Below, in pieces: positions 27,577 through 36,950 of a stretch of 64,000 nt of DNA (within the stretch, counting starts at the first letter, position 1; every line of letters begins with the position of its first letter). The notes under the pieces are model-generated. The model was given only the letters and a program-made list of their open reading frames with translations, had not been told where the DNA came from and searched no databases. The position numbers and the translations under genes are program-made. This DNA is from a virus. The DNA lies in the IMG/VR virus record IMGVR_UViG_3300040801_002290, positions 96,001 to 160,000 of that record. One strand, written 5' to 3'.

Positions 27577-28529
27577 TATTTCCACCTGCCCATAGCAAAC
27601 AGGTTAAAACTGGCGGCACTTACATTAGACTGGGAATACCCGCACCTAACGGCAAAGCCCCAATTGCTTGCGTCCCCAGTTACACTACCCCAAACATCGT
27701 TCCCAGCGGCGTTTCCTGAAATTCCAACAAAAGTAACTGGGTCCTCAATAAATGCGGCGGGATAGGATACTGCTACACCACTTGATGTTCTATAAACAGA
27801 AGATTCTGACGAATACCTGTTGGTTATTTCCCAATTTGTACCGGAACCATTGGTAGTTATTGAAGTTAAATCACTGGGGGAAACCTGTCTCCAACAAATC
27901 TGAGTTCCGTCCCCAAATCTAACATAGTTACCAGTAGCACTAGTAACATCTTCTTCAATAATCTCTATTCTATCATCCCCGAGATAAAGGTTGTTGAATA
28001 TAACCCCGCTGTCACCAATTTCTATCGGGTCAGTGTATGTGAGGGGGGTTCCAGAGTCGCGCCAACCAACAACCACTAGGGAGTAGTCGTTATTATCCTC
28101 ACCACTATGGCTTCTTCCTGAGCGTATGGAGTAGCTTGCAGCGGAGGTGCTAGAAATTCCGGTAGAAATCCAGTCATCATACCCGGCAGGAGAGCCCCGT
28201 CTACCGCCTGAGCTTACCATATAACTGGTAGAAAAATAAGTTAGCGGTAGGGTTATACTAGCCCCTACGGAAGTCCTGTAAACAGCAGAGTTTGTGCTGG
28301 CTCGGTTGGTAACTATCCAAAAAGTATCTGTATTAAGAAACTCTGCAATACCGCTAGTAATACCATTACCCCGAGTAATTGGTTTCCAACTAATAGTAAG
28401 CCCAACAGATGTGATGATATACTCCCCGTTTAGATTACTTCCATACTCTATAATAGATACACCCCTATCCAGAAATGCTCCTAGTAGAGTTGAGTGTATT
28501 CCACTTGACGGGTCTAGAGTTATGGCCAT
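27576..28529 (-). CDS. Fibre tip protein with two gp53-like domains
   Basis: YGSNLNGEYII...VVGWR and TGNYVRFGDGTQICW...FAMGRW. Confidence 0.7.
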   Translation of the reverse strand: MAITLDPSSGIHSTLLGAFLDRGVSIIEYGSNLNGEYIITSVGLTISWKPITRGNGITSGIAEFLNTDTFWIVTNRASTNSAVYRTSVGASITLPLTYFSTSYMVSSGGRRGSPAGYDDWISTGISSTSAASYSIRSGRSHSGEDNNDYSLVVVGWRDSGTPLTYTDPIEIGDSGVIFNNLYLGDDRIEIIEEDVTSATGNYVRFGDGTQICWRQVSPSDLTSITTNGSGTNWEITNRYSSESSVYRTSSGVAVSYPAAFIEDPVTFVGISGNAAGNDVWGSVTGDASNWGFAVRCGYSQSNVSAASFNLFAMGRWK

Positions 28530-28774
28530 TGGGGAGTTCTTTCTTTAGCCGCCGCTAATTTAGCTGGTGTTCTAGCGGCCATGACTATTGCTATACTATC
28601 CTCGTCCAGACGACTCAAGTCGGGGGAGTCGTCTTCGATGTTTATAACATATCTGTGATAAGTTCTAGCTATGACCTCTTCACCCTTAACCACTTCTTTT
28701 GCCTCTCTAACCTGTACAGTTCCGTCTCGTAAAACTTCTAATTGGTCGATAACAATTCTTTCTGTAATTTCCAT
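28520..28774 (-). CDS. Small fibre-associated protein
   Basis: IDQLEVLRDGTVQVR...IARTYHRYV, a pattern familiar from aquatic-phage fibre loci. Confidence 0.65.
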   Translation of the reverse strand: MEITERIVIDQLEVLRDGTVQVREAKEVVKGEEVIARTYHRYVINIEDDSPDLSRLDEDSIAIVMAARTPAKLAAAKERTPQWP

Positions 28775-28776
28775 AG

Positions 28777-29220
28777 TTATAACCTCACTACAGCGTTAAG
28801 GATTATATCAAAATAAGTGGTTCCTTGCATAGTTCCAGTTACTACGTCCCAACCAGCAGCGGGACCGCTCTGATAAAGTGCTAGAGAAGTGGTATTTGTA
28901 CACCAAAGACCCAAAACAGGCTTAGAGGAAGTTAATTGAACTCCCAAATACATCTCAACAGAACCAGCTACCTGACTCTGGGCGAAGGCAAATGGAAAAC
29001 CAGTTATAGTTATAGATGAACTACCTCCGCTAGGTGTTCCAGGTATGCGAGCCCACAAGTGCAAAATCTTACCTATTCTTATGTACTGCCCAGCCCTATT
29101 TCCGCCATATGAAATAGTCCCACACCCATTTAAAGAGGGGGTCCATGTTCCCTCTTCATAGTCCTTAAAAGAGTCTCCACCAAAACTAATTCCATCTGTA
29201 CCACTTAATGTAATAGGCAT
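28777..29220 (-). CDS. Fibre tip protein with DYEEGTWTP domain
   Basis: MPITLSGTDGI...DYEEGTWTP...YIRIGKILHL; TGATG overlap start at 29220. Confidence 0.7.
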   Translation of the reverse strand: MPITLSGTDGISFGGDSFKDYEEGTWTPSLNGCGTISYGGNRAGQYIRIGKILHLWARIPGTPSGGSSSITITGFPFAFAQSQVAGSVEMYLGVQLTSSKPVLGLWCTNTTSLALYQSGPAAGWDVVTGTMQGTTYFDIILNAVVRL

Positions 29221-32200
29221 CAAACCACCGTCCAAGTAGAGCCAGAAGGTACCGTAACAGTAACGCCGTTGGCCACAGTTACCGGACCCGCTGTCATAGC
29301 GTTTTTATTTGTAGTAATTGTGTAGTCAGTAGTTATAGCAACATCATTTTCCCAGAAAATTTGGTCAGACCCACCACCCGTAGCTCCGAGGTCTTCCAGT
29401 CTAGCAAAGGTTCCGGTAGCATCGGGTAGTGTTAAGGTTCTGTCTGCTGTCAAAGTAGCAGGAACTAAAAACACTGTGCTGCCGTTAGACGCAACATCAT
29501 TACCTTGGATATTAATAGCATCTCCAGCGGCATTTTTTCTAACGGTCAAACCACCGTTAAGACCTATTAAAGCTCCTGCTGTTGTGCTTTGAATTAATTG
29601 GCCGACTGTAAATATATTTGCACTAGTTGATAAGGCAACGGTGCCAGAGTCGTTTGGTAGAGTCAAAGTTTGCGGACCAGTTAATGAGCCAGGAGTAATT
29701 GTAACCGCATAACCGTTAGTCCCCCCAGCCCTACCGGAAATAGTTACGCCATCCTGACTAGCAGAAGCTCTAACAGTTTGAGCGGCTAAAAATGTTTGTG
29801 AATTGTTTACACTAACCCAATTTTCCCAACTGGTTCCATTAAAAAGTTCAACGTAGGGGAATGTATCCTTAACTCTAAGCCTTTCAACCGGGGAGGTGGG
29901 ATTGTTTGTGTAAAATTGAAATCTACTTCCATAAAGGCGCATATCTTCTTCTGCCAGGATAAAAAGCCTACCAAGAGTAGACCCAACGTCATATGCAGCA
30001 ATCCTACCAACATTATTAACAGTGCCAGCAAAAAATGTCTGGTTGTTAGAGCTATCGTGGAACCCTATATTTGCGCTGTCCCCACTTGGGTCTTTTATAA
30101 TAACACTTTCAAATCCAGCCGTGCTACTGCCGGTATTAGAGAAGGTTTTTTCCCCGGTAATAGTTTGGTCACCGGTTAGTTTAACAGCAAAACCGTCTAC
30201 CTCTGTTTCTGTATAATACCTAGAGTCAAATCCGGTGTAAGTAGAAAGTGCTGTATTTTCTACGTTATTTATAGAAAGGTCTGTTTTTACTTCCGAAGCA
30301 GTTCTTTTTTGCAAAACCCCAGTTGCCGACGCGGTAACGAAGTCTCCAGTAGCGTTATCTATTGTTCTGGCCCGAATTCTTCCATCAATATCTAGCTGCT
30401 CTGATGGTACAATTCCCCCCACGGCTAATTTTGCGTTAACAACACGAACATCAGTGTCTCTAAAGGCAATAGTAGAGTCTGCAACACCGTCCTTTAGTCT
30501 CTTTAAGTTGCCTACTCCGTTATCAAGAAGCTCAAACCCAAGTTGATATATGGAAGTATCAGTTCCTTCTCTTTGTACCCTGATAGAGCGAAAAGCCGTC
30601 CCTCCATCGTTTGCATCGACTAGCAGGCTGTTTCTAAAGGTCTTAGCACCATCAATTGTCTGGTCTCCGGTCAATTTAACCGCGAAATTATCAACTTCAG
30701 TCTCGGTGTAATACCTAGAGTCCAACCCCGTATAGCTGGAGAGGTTGGTAATGTCTGTAGTTGTATGAGTGTGAGAGGACGCTGCCGCCCCTACGGTGTT
30801 ATAAGAAATAGTCCTAGCAGTAGTTCCGTCAAAGGTAGTGCCAGAAGCAGCGCCCGCGCCTCCATTGTTAAATGTAGCAGCAGCAAGGGTTAGGGCGTGA
30901 GTGTGTGAAGTTGCTGTCACACTGTTTGTAGTAGCCCCGGTAATTGTTCCTGGGGTGCCCAGTGTCACAGAACCAGACCCAGTAATTGTCGTAAAGTCTA
31001 GACCATTCCCTGCGGCTACAGAAGTGACCGTACCTGTCGTGGAGCTAGTACCAGCACCAATAGCACTTCTAAATGTAGCAGCGTCTAGTGCCGAGACGCT
31101 ATTATCTGCATTGATTCTAATGAAGCGAATTGCGCTAGGGTTTGTAAGCTTAACGAGATTTTGACCAACTGTCGTTGAGTCGTTAATTGTAGAAACCGGG
31201 GTAGAAAGAGTCCCACCCAGAGTAAGATTACCAGAGCTTGTGACTGTACCAGAAAGAGTAATTCCAGCAACAGTTCCCGTTCCACCAACAGAGGTTACAG
31301 TTCCTACGGTAGAGCTTGTTCCAGCGCCGATATCCCCTCTGAAATCTGCTGCTGTTCTAGCTGTTACGGTATTATCCGCATTAATTCGGATAAATCTTAT
31401 TGCGCCGGGATTAGCAAACTTTACAAGGTTCTGACCCAAAGTAGTAGAGTCAGAAACCTCGGAAACCGGGTGAGTGTGAGACGAGGCCGCTGCACCAACG
31501 TCCCCGGCGGTTAGGGTCCAGGTTCTGTTAGCCTGTAAATTTTGTGTTGTTCCATTTATGGTTATGCTTCTATCTGCTCTTACGGCAGAGGTAGAGCCAG
31601 TGCCCTGAGTTGAAAGGGTTATATCCCCAGCAATAAGCTGTAAAGTACCTTGACCTAAGGTTCCACTTCCACCAGAGGCTAGTATACGAGCATCAAAGTC
31701 AGTTAACGAGGTCCCAGAGTGAAAATCAATAAAGGGGGTACTAGCTGTCCCGTTAACCAAGCCCAGTTCTATATTTGGGTTTCCAGTGGACCCTTCAATC
31801 TTTAAAGAACCAGAACCGCCAGTAGGTATCAGGTTTACGTTACCAGTAAACGTAGCTCCAGAGAGATTAGCTTTTCCATCTAAGGAAGTCTGTAAATTGG
31901 TTATTTCACTAATTGGGTGGGTGTGACTTGAGGCAGAAGCACCAATGTCAGAAAGAGTTTCGGCAGCGGTGCGCTTTTGTAAAACCCCGGTGGCAGAAAC
32001 GGTAGCGAAGTCTCCTGTGGCATTGTTTACTGTTCTAGCCCGGAAAGTTCCATTAACATCCAAGGTGTTGGTAGGAGTGTCTACACCTATACCTACTTCG
32101 CCAGAAGTTTTTACATAAGCTACAGCAGTGTCGTTAGAGCCTAGGATTAAGTCGGTGGATGAGTATAATCCATCATTGGTTCTTATAGCCCCGGCTACAT

Positions 32201-32501
32201 CTAGTTTTTGTGTCGGGCTAGAAGTACCAATACCAACATTGCCATCAAATTCCGCTATAGAAACAGTACCATCAGCATTGACTTCAAGAGAAGGAATACC
32301 CGAGATATCGTTTACACTAAAGATAGTTCCGGTTAAATCATCGGAGATAGAAAACAACTGACCCGCGCTACCAGAATAGGATAGCGTGGGCGTAGTCAAG
32401 TCCAGCATTTCTGCTGTTATAACTTTATCGTCAAGGGTATAATCGACCTTAGGGGTCGTAACTCCAAGTTTGACCTTGAAGTTCTTCTCATTAGAAGCCA
32501 T
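29220..32501 (-). CDS. Long fibre protein (1093 aa) with internal tandem modules
   Basis: GNVGIGTSSPTQKLDVAG repeats, three pairs of duplicated modules, C-terminal GGGSDQIFWEND...NAMTAGPVTV...TWTVV. Confidence 0.85.
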   Translation of the reverse strand: MASNEKNFKVKLGVTTPKVDYTLDDKVITAEMLDLTTPTLSYSGSAGQLFSISDDLTGTIFSVNDISGIPSLEVNADGTVSIAEFDGNVGIGTSSPTQKLDVAGAIRTNDGLYSSTDLILGSNDTAVAYVKTSGEVGIGVDTPTNTLDVNGTFRARTVNNATGDFATVSATGVLQKRTAAETLSDIGASASSHTHPISEITNLQTSLDGKANLSGATFTGNVNLIPTGGSGSLKIEGSTGNPNIELGLVNGTASTPFIDFHSGTSLTDFDARILASGGSGTLGQGTLQLIAGDITLSTQGTGSTSAVRADRSITINGTTQNLQANRTWTLTAGDVGAAASSHTHPVSEVSDSTTLGQNLVKFANPGAIRFIRINADNTVTARTAADFRGDIGAGTSSTVGTVTSVGGTGTVAGITLSGTVTSSGNLTLGGTLSTPVSTINDSTTVGQNLVKLTNPSAIRFIRINADNSVSALDAATFRSAIGAGTSSTTGTVTSVAAGNGLDFTTITGSGSVTLGTPGTITGATTNSVTATSHTHALTLAAATFNNGGAGAASGTTFDGTTARTISYNTVGAAASSHTHTTTDITNLSSYTGLDSRYYTETEVDNFAVKLTGDQTIDGAKTFRNSLLVDANDGGTAFRSIRVQREGTDTSIYQLGFELLDNGVGNLKRLKDGVADSTIAFRDTDVRVVNAKLAVGGIVPSEQLDIDGRIRARTIDNATGDFVTASATGVLQKRTASEVKTDLSINNVENTALSTYTGFDSRYYTETEVDGFAVKLTGDQTITGEKTFSNTGSSTAGFESVIIKDPSGDSANIGFHDSSNNQTFFAGTVNNVGRIAAYDVGSTLGRLFILAEEDMRLYGSRFQFYTNNPTSPVERLRVKDTFPYVELFNGTSWENWVSVNNSQTFLAAQTVRASASQDGVTISGRAGGTNGYAVTITPGSLTGPQTLTLPNDSGTVALSTSANIFTVGQLIQSTTAGALIGLNGGLTVRKNAAGDAINIQGNDVASNGSTVFLVPATLTADRTLTLPDATGTFARLEDLGATGGGSDQIFWENDVAITTDYTITTNKNAMTAGPVTVANGVTVTVPSGSTWTVV

Positions 32502-32536
32502 CAGAGTTCACTCTCCCGCTGTGGCAATTTTATCTA

Positions 32537-33859
32537 TTATACTACTCCATAAAGACCTTTGGTAGCAAGGTAATGTTGTTTCACTTCTTCTGCCGTCAAA
32601 ATTCTATTATAGATATTTAGATTTGGCAGTTTTCCTATTAACCTATAAGATGTTCCATTAGCCCTAGCTCCTAAATACCAATACCCAGTCCACCCGGCTG
32701 GGTCATATGTAGACGTAGTTTCTGACGCGAATTCTCCGTTAATATACATATTTCTATATCTGTCAGAAATGTTACATGAGAAATGTGACCATGTGTTTAA
32801 CGGAACGGAGTTTGTTGTGCTATAAATTGCGTGATTGTTAACATCAGCCGCCTCAGTTACCTGAAAGGCCAATCTTTTTTGAGAGTTGTCATATCGTATG
32901 AAATGGTCGGAACCAGCGGAACTTGGAGAAATAAAAAAGGTTGATTGGTCTCCTGGGTAAATCCATCCGGTAATGCTGAAAACATTAGGAGAAACGGACA
33001 CATTTGGTTGAGCTATTCTTATATAATCAGAAGTCCCGTTAAACTCAAATTCATTATTTGAAGAGTAAGTTAGGCTATAGGAAATCGTCTCGGTGTCACT
33101 GATTGAGTCCACAAGAGACTGAGAGTTTGTTCTATCCAGGGTGTTGCTGTACGGAGAGGGTATGTCACCAATCTCTAACTGAACGTCAGAAAGTTTTATC
33201 GTACCCCCACCACCACGGTGACCATACATGTATAAGTTAACGCTGGCGGACAGATTGACTGATGTACTGACTTGAAACGTAGCATAAATACGCTGCCATG
33301 TGTTGGCCTTTGTATTATACGCATTCGCTCCTGCGTTTGGACTCATTCCATCATAAAAAGAGCGTACTCCAGTGTCTATGTGTGCTACATATAACCCAGC
33401 GTTAATCGTCTTATTTATATCATTTGTCCATTGTAACCAAGAAAGTGTGTAATAATCCCCGTGAGAAAGACCCATACTAGTGTAGGTGGTGCTTGGTAGA
33501 GCAAAACTCTTTGCCTTCCATACATTGTCAACGTCTCTGAGGGTGACAACTGGTTTTTTTAATTCCTGTTCATAAGTCCAAATAGCGTGATAAGTAGTCT
33601 CCCACACCCCACCATTAACACCTTCGTTTACATAGTTACTTATATTACCACCGTCAGTGTTGTAAACGGTTATAGCGTCTGGATGGTTTGTATTCCAAGT
33701 TGCGGTTCTCGTGTAAGGAGCATAGGACTCATCTATTCTTGGGTTTTGGTAGTATATATGGTTTGTGGTAGGCTTTCCCCTCCATGACTTTGAATTATTC
33801 ATGTCGTAGGAAAAAACCAAACTATCAGAAACTATTCGTTTCCCTGCTACTACAGTCAT
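32537..33859 (-). CDS. LamG/ConA-like lectin protein 1
   Basis: LVFSYDM...FNGTSDYI...WSHFS...YINGE...IYNRILTAEEVKQHY. Confidence 0.8.
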   Translation of the reverse strand: MTVVAGKRIVSDSLVFSYDMNNSKSWRGKPTTNHIYYQNPRIDESYAPYTRTATWNTNHPDAITVYNTDGGNISNYVNEGVNGGVWETTYHAIWTYEQELKKPVVTLRDVDNVWKAKSFALPSTTYTSMGLSHGDYYTLSWLQWTNDINKTINAGLYVAHIDTGVRSFYDGMSPNAGANAYNTKANTWQRIYATFQVSTSVNLSASVNLYMYGHRGGGGTIKLSDVQLEIGDIPSPYSNTLDRTNSQSLVDSISDTETISYSLTYSSNNEFEFNGTSDYIRIAQPNVSVSPNVFSITGWIYPGDQSTFFISPSSAGSDHFIRYDNSQKRLAFQVTEAADVNNHAIYSTTNSVPLNTWSHFSCNISDRYRNMYINGEFASETTSTYDPAGWTGYWYLGARANGTSYRLIGKLPNLNIYNRILTAEEVKQHYLATKGLYGVV

Positions 33860-34506
33860 AGTCCGAACCTACTTTTTGTGAATAGGTAGATGGAACGTAT
33901 TTCCGCTTCGGATAGAAGCCTATAGTAAAAGGTTGCAGAAGTTATTTTCCCAGACCAATAACCTCCACCAGACCAGTTCCCTATGGAGCCAATTGGTGAG
34001 ACTGCCAAATCTAAAGAAGTACTAACCGTGGAAATAAAAACCCCGTCTACATATAAAGAGGCCGATAAACCGCTGTTGTAAAGAACTGTGTAATTATGAA
34101 ACATCCCATCTACCGGAGGTAGATAACCAAAATCCCTAAAACTCCCATCCCACACACCAAGATTTCTTGAGGTTTGCTGAGAAATTAAATGATGTATATT
34201 TGTTGATGTGGTTGCTAAAATTGTCCTCCAGCTTCCAGAACTAGAGGATTCATCTCTTTGATACCACACCGAAGCTGTAATATTAGTATTAGAAAGAGGT
34301 GAGCTTATGGTCGCCCTCTTGCCGGAAGCATCAAAATTAAAGGAGTTTTCGGAAAAACTTGGGGAGTTTAATAGAGTTGCATTGTTAAAGCTATCCACTA
34401 AATTTCCCCAAACACTCCCCGTACCAGAGTAGGACTTTTCATTAGCAGAGTCCAGAGATAAAACAAGTGCAGAAGTTGGGATTTTAGGAGAGTGAGTAAG
34501 TGCCAT
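33856..34506 (-). CDS. LamG/ConA-like lectin protein 2
   Basis: LVLSLDSANEKSYSGTGSVWGNL...LYVDG...YYRLLSEAEIRSIY. Confidence 0.8.
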   Translation of the reverse strand: MALTHSPKIPTSALVLSLDSANEKSYSGTGSVWGNLVDSFNNATLLNSPSFSENSFNFDASGKRATISSPLSNTNITASVWYQRDESSSSGSWRTILATTSTNIHHLISQQTSRNLGVWDGSFRDFGYLPPVDGMFHNYTVLYNSGLSASLYVDGVFISTVSTSLDLAVSPIGSIGNWSGGGYWSGKITSATFYYRLLSEAEIRSIYLFTKSRFGL

Positions 34507-35687
34507 TATATACCGTACCTATGTCTTGACATTTCAAAGATATGCCTAACTTCATCGTCCGAAAGCTGCCTATTGTACACAGACGTTGAATATAAACCTC
34601 CGATAAAGTCATTAGTATACCCATCTCCAATAATTATGTTTGAGGTTCCGTTTGCTGTAGTGGTGTACCCTCCAGCGGTTCCAGAATTTGAAAAAATACC
34701 ATTCTTATACCACCTGGTAGAGTTTGTGGCTTGGTCTCTGGTTACAGCGACAAAGGCCAATTCGTTTGGCTCTACAGTAAATGTAGAAAGAAGGCTAGCG
34801 TACGGAGAAGAATTCCCACCATGAGTACCAAAGAAATATGTTAGACTTCTGTTTGTTTCATGCGTAATGGTCCCTGGACCCCCATAGGCTTGGTTATAGG
34901 GGTTCCTTCTGGCAGAAGAAGAACCTGTACCTGGCTCTATCCACATGCAAATTGTCTGGCCCAAAGAAAAATCCATAGTAGTTGCGTTATGCGGTATTGT
35001 GAGATTTGAGGTAGTACCATCAAAGGCAAATACATTTTCCGATGAATAAGAAAGGTTATTTGCTGTTAATTCATGTTTTTTAGTTAAATCTATAACTGCT
35101 TGGGTGCTGCTTCTAGTTCCTGGAGTATACGGTGTGTTATACGGCTTCTGTTCTATCTGCCCTTCTTTGATATACATAAAATCTGTAGCGGAATTGAAAA
35201 CGGTTCCGTCTGCTACCGGGCGAGAAAATATATAACCTGTCTGAGTGGTAGTAGAGACATATGCAAAACCGTACTTTCCTATCCTATGTACCCCATCACC
35301 TAAATCTTCTGTAAAAGTGGTTCCTGGCGGGTCTTGTGTCTGATTGACATATGCTATCCCTATAGAAAATAAATTATCAAACTTACTAGGGACATTTGTT
35401 TTAATCAAAACAGAGGCGCTGTGTACAACACCCGCTCCAAAAGAGTGCGAAGTAATACCAACACTGTACGGATAACTTCCACCGGCCCAAGTTCCATTTA
35501 GAGAGTATTTTTTCCAACCGTCCTCTATGCCGACATAGGCTACAGTAAGAGAGTTTATAGCTACAAGTCCCATATTAGGGGCAAGGTTAGTAGTAGGCTC
35601 TCCCTTCCACGACTTAGGATTATGCATATCATAGTAAAGCACCAACCCGTCGGTTGGCACTTTCTGGTTATTATAGGCTACCGCCAT
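34506..35687 (-). CDS. LamG/ConA-like lectin protein 3
   Basis: LVLYYDMHNPKSWKGEPTTN...FDGTTS...WYKNG...VYNRQLSDDEVRHIF. Confidence 0.8.
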   Translation of the reverse strand: MAVAYNNQKVPTDGLVLYYDMHNPKSWKGEPTTNLAPNMGLVAINSLTVAYVGIEDGWKKYSLNGTWAGGSYPYSVGITSHSFGAGVVHSASVLIKTNVPSKFDNLFSIGIAYVNQTQDPPGTTFTEDLGDGVHRIGKYGFAYVSTTTQTGYIFSRPVADGTVFNSATDFMYIKEGQIEQKPYNTPYTPGTRSSTQAVIDLTKKHELTANNLSYSSENVFAFDGTTSNLTIPHNATTMDFSLGQTICMWIEPGTGSSSARRNPYNQAYGGPGTITHETNRSLTYFFGTHGGNSSPYASLLSTFTVEPNELAFVAVTRDQATNSTRWYKNGIFSNSGTAGGYTTTANGTSNIIIGDGYTNDFIGGLYSTSVYNRQLSDDEVRHIFEMSRHRYGI

Positions 35688-35689
35688 GT

Positions 35690-36586
35690 TTAAACAACCT
35701 CATTCCACCCGTATACTCCAGGCTCCCAGACGTTGTTTGCAACAATGCTTATCCATGTTGAGCCGTTATGGGTGACAACATCATCAATTTGGTATTCTGT
35801 ACCAGCACCACCAGGCTGTACCCAAGCTTCAATGGTAGGCTCTCCGGTAATCGTGGATTCGTCTGTCCAGCCCGAAACTCCTGGTTCCCAAACGTTTCCA
35901 TCTACATTACTAACCCACGTTATTGAATTATGAGTAACTCTAAAACCAGCGGGGTAAGCGTCGTGCGCTCCTAGTGGCTGGCTCCAAGCAGGAACCGTGT
36001 CTCCTAGATGTACTTGCTTCCAGATTGAGTAAGAAACTTCTGGAAACCAGGTTGGCTGAGAAGTGTGAGTTACTATAGCCTGGTAAAATTTTCCGCTTCT
36101 AGAAACTATGTCATCAGCAAGGTATCTCTTCCAAGCAGTCCAGGTTGGGACTATTTCCGCAACAGTGGTTAAATCTTCTTCTGTAGTGGTTTCATCCTCG
36201 ATAATATCCTGAACATACAAAGCAGACGCCCTCTGAATACTTTCAACAATTTGGTCTGTCTCAGATGGCATAGGCAAAGCGACCCAGAATAGAGAAGCCT
36301 CAACAGGTTCTTCACCAGTGCTAGTCTGAGAAGCCTGCCAGAAACCGCTGATATGAGAGACTACATCTCCCTCTGCATAGGCCGTTTCTACATCCCAAGG
36401 CCCCAGTGAAACATCTGAATATATTTCCTGTGCATCGGCTACTGGAACTGATTTTCTTACCGGGCTTAGTCTTCCTAATAGGCTTCCATCTTCGTAAACC
36501 TCAACGGTCTCAAGGTATGTAACGCTCTGTCTATCTGCCCCATACTCCACAACGAATTGGTCTACTATGACTTTTTTAGTTAACAT
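35690..36586 (-). CDS. Protein with four CBM5/12-like carbohydrate-binding repeats
   Basis: W...Y..GD.V.H/Y.G..W/Y repeats, e.g. YQIDDVVTHNGSTWIS...WEPGVYGW. Confidence 0.75.
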   Translation of the reverse strand: MLTKKVIVDQFVVEYGADRQSVTYLETVEVYEDGSLLGRLSPVRKSVPVADAQEIYSDVSLGPWDVETAYAEGDVVSHISGFWQASQTSTGEEPVEASLFWVALPMPSETDQIVESIQRASALYVQDIIEDETTTEEDLTTVAEIVPTWTAWKRYLADDIVSRSGKFYQAIVTHTSQPTWFPEVSYSIWKQVHLGDTVPAWSQPLGAHDAYPAGFRVTHNSITWVSNVDGNVWEPGVSGWTDESTITGEPTIEAWVQPGGAGTEYQIDDVVTHNGSTWISIVANNVWEPGVYGWNEVV

Positions 36587-36593
36587 ATCATCC

Positions 36594-36947
36594 TCACTGT
36601 AAGGTTACCGAGATTTTAAAGGTTCGTGAAGTAGCCGTGGTGGGTGTAACATACAAATGGAAATTACCCGTTGCTACATTGGCCGAAAAAACATCATCCA
36701 TCAAGTCACTAGTCTCATCTGTGGATACTATAGCATACTCAGTAATAAAACCATTAGTACCATCGTGAATAGCTAGAAACTCTCTGACAACATACTCTGT
36801 ACCTAAGGTTGCCTGCACTATGAACTTAGCGGAGCGAAAATCCGTTGTACTAAGGGAAAATAGAGATGTCAAAGAGGCGCTAGCCACGACAACCGTCTGG
36901 CTATCGTGTCTAGCATCCTTCAAGTCTATAGGTACTAATACCCGCAT
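36594..36947 (-). CDS. Small fibre-associated protein
   Basis: FRSAKFIVQ...LAIHDGTNGFITEYA; N-terminal LVPIDL shared with the neighbour (LTPIDL). Confidence 0.7.
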   Translation of the reverse strand: MRVLVPIDLKDARHDSQTVVVASASLTSLFSLSTTDFRSAKFIVQATLGTEYVVREFLAIHDGTNGFITEYAIVSTDETSDLMDDVFSANVATGNFHLYVTPTTATSRTFKISVTLQ

Positions 36948-36950
36948 TTA

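Noticed and set aside
30144-32045. Diversity-generating retroelement template/variable repeats
   Set aside because: Differences are synonymous and not adenine-specific, both copies are in one ORF, and there is no reverse transcriptase.
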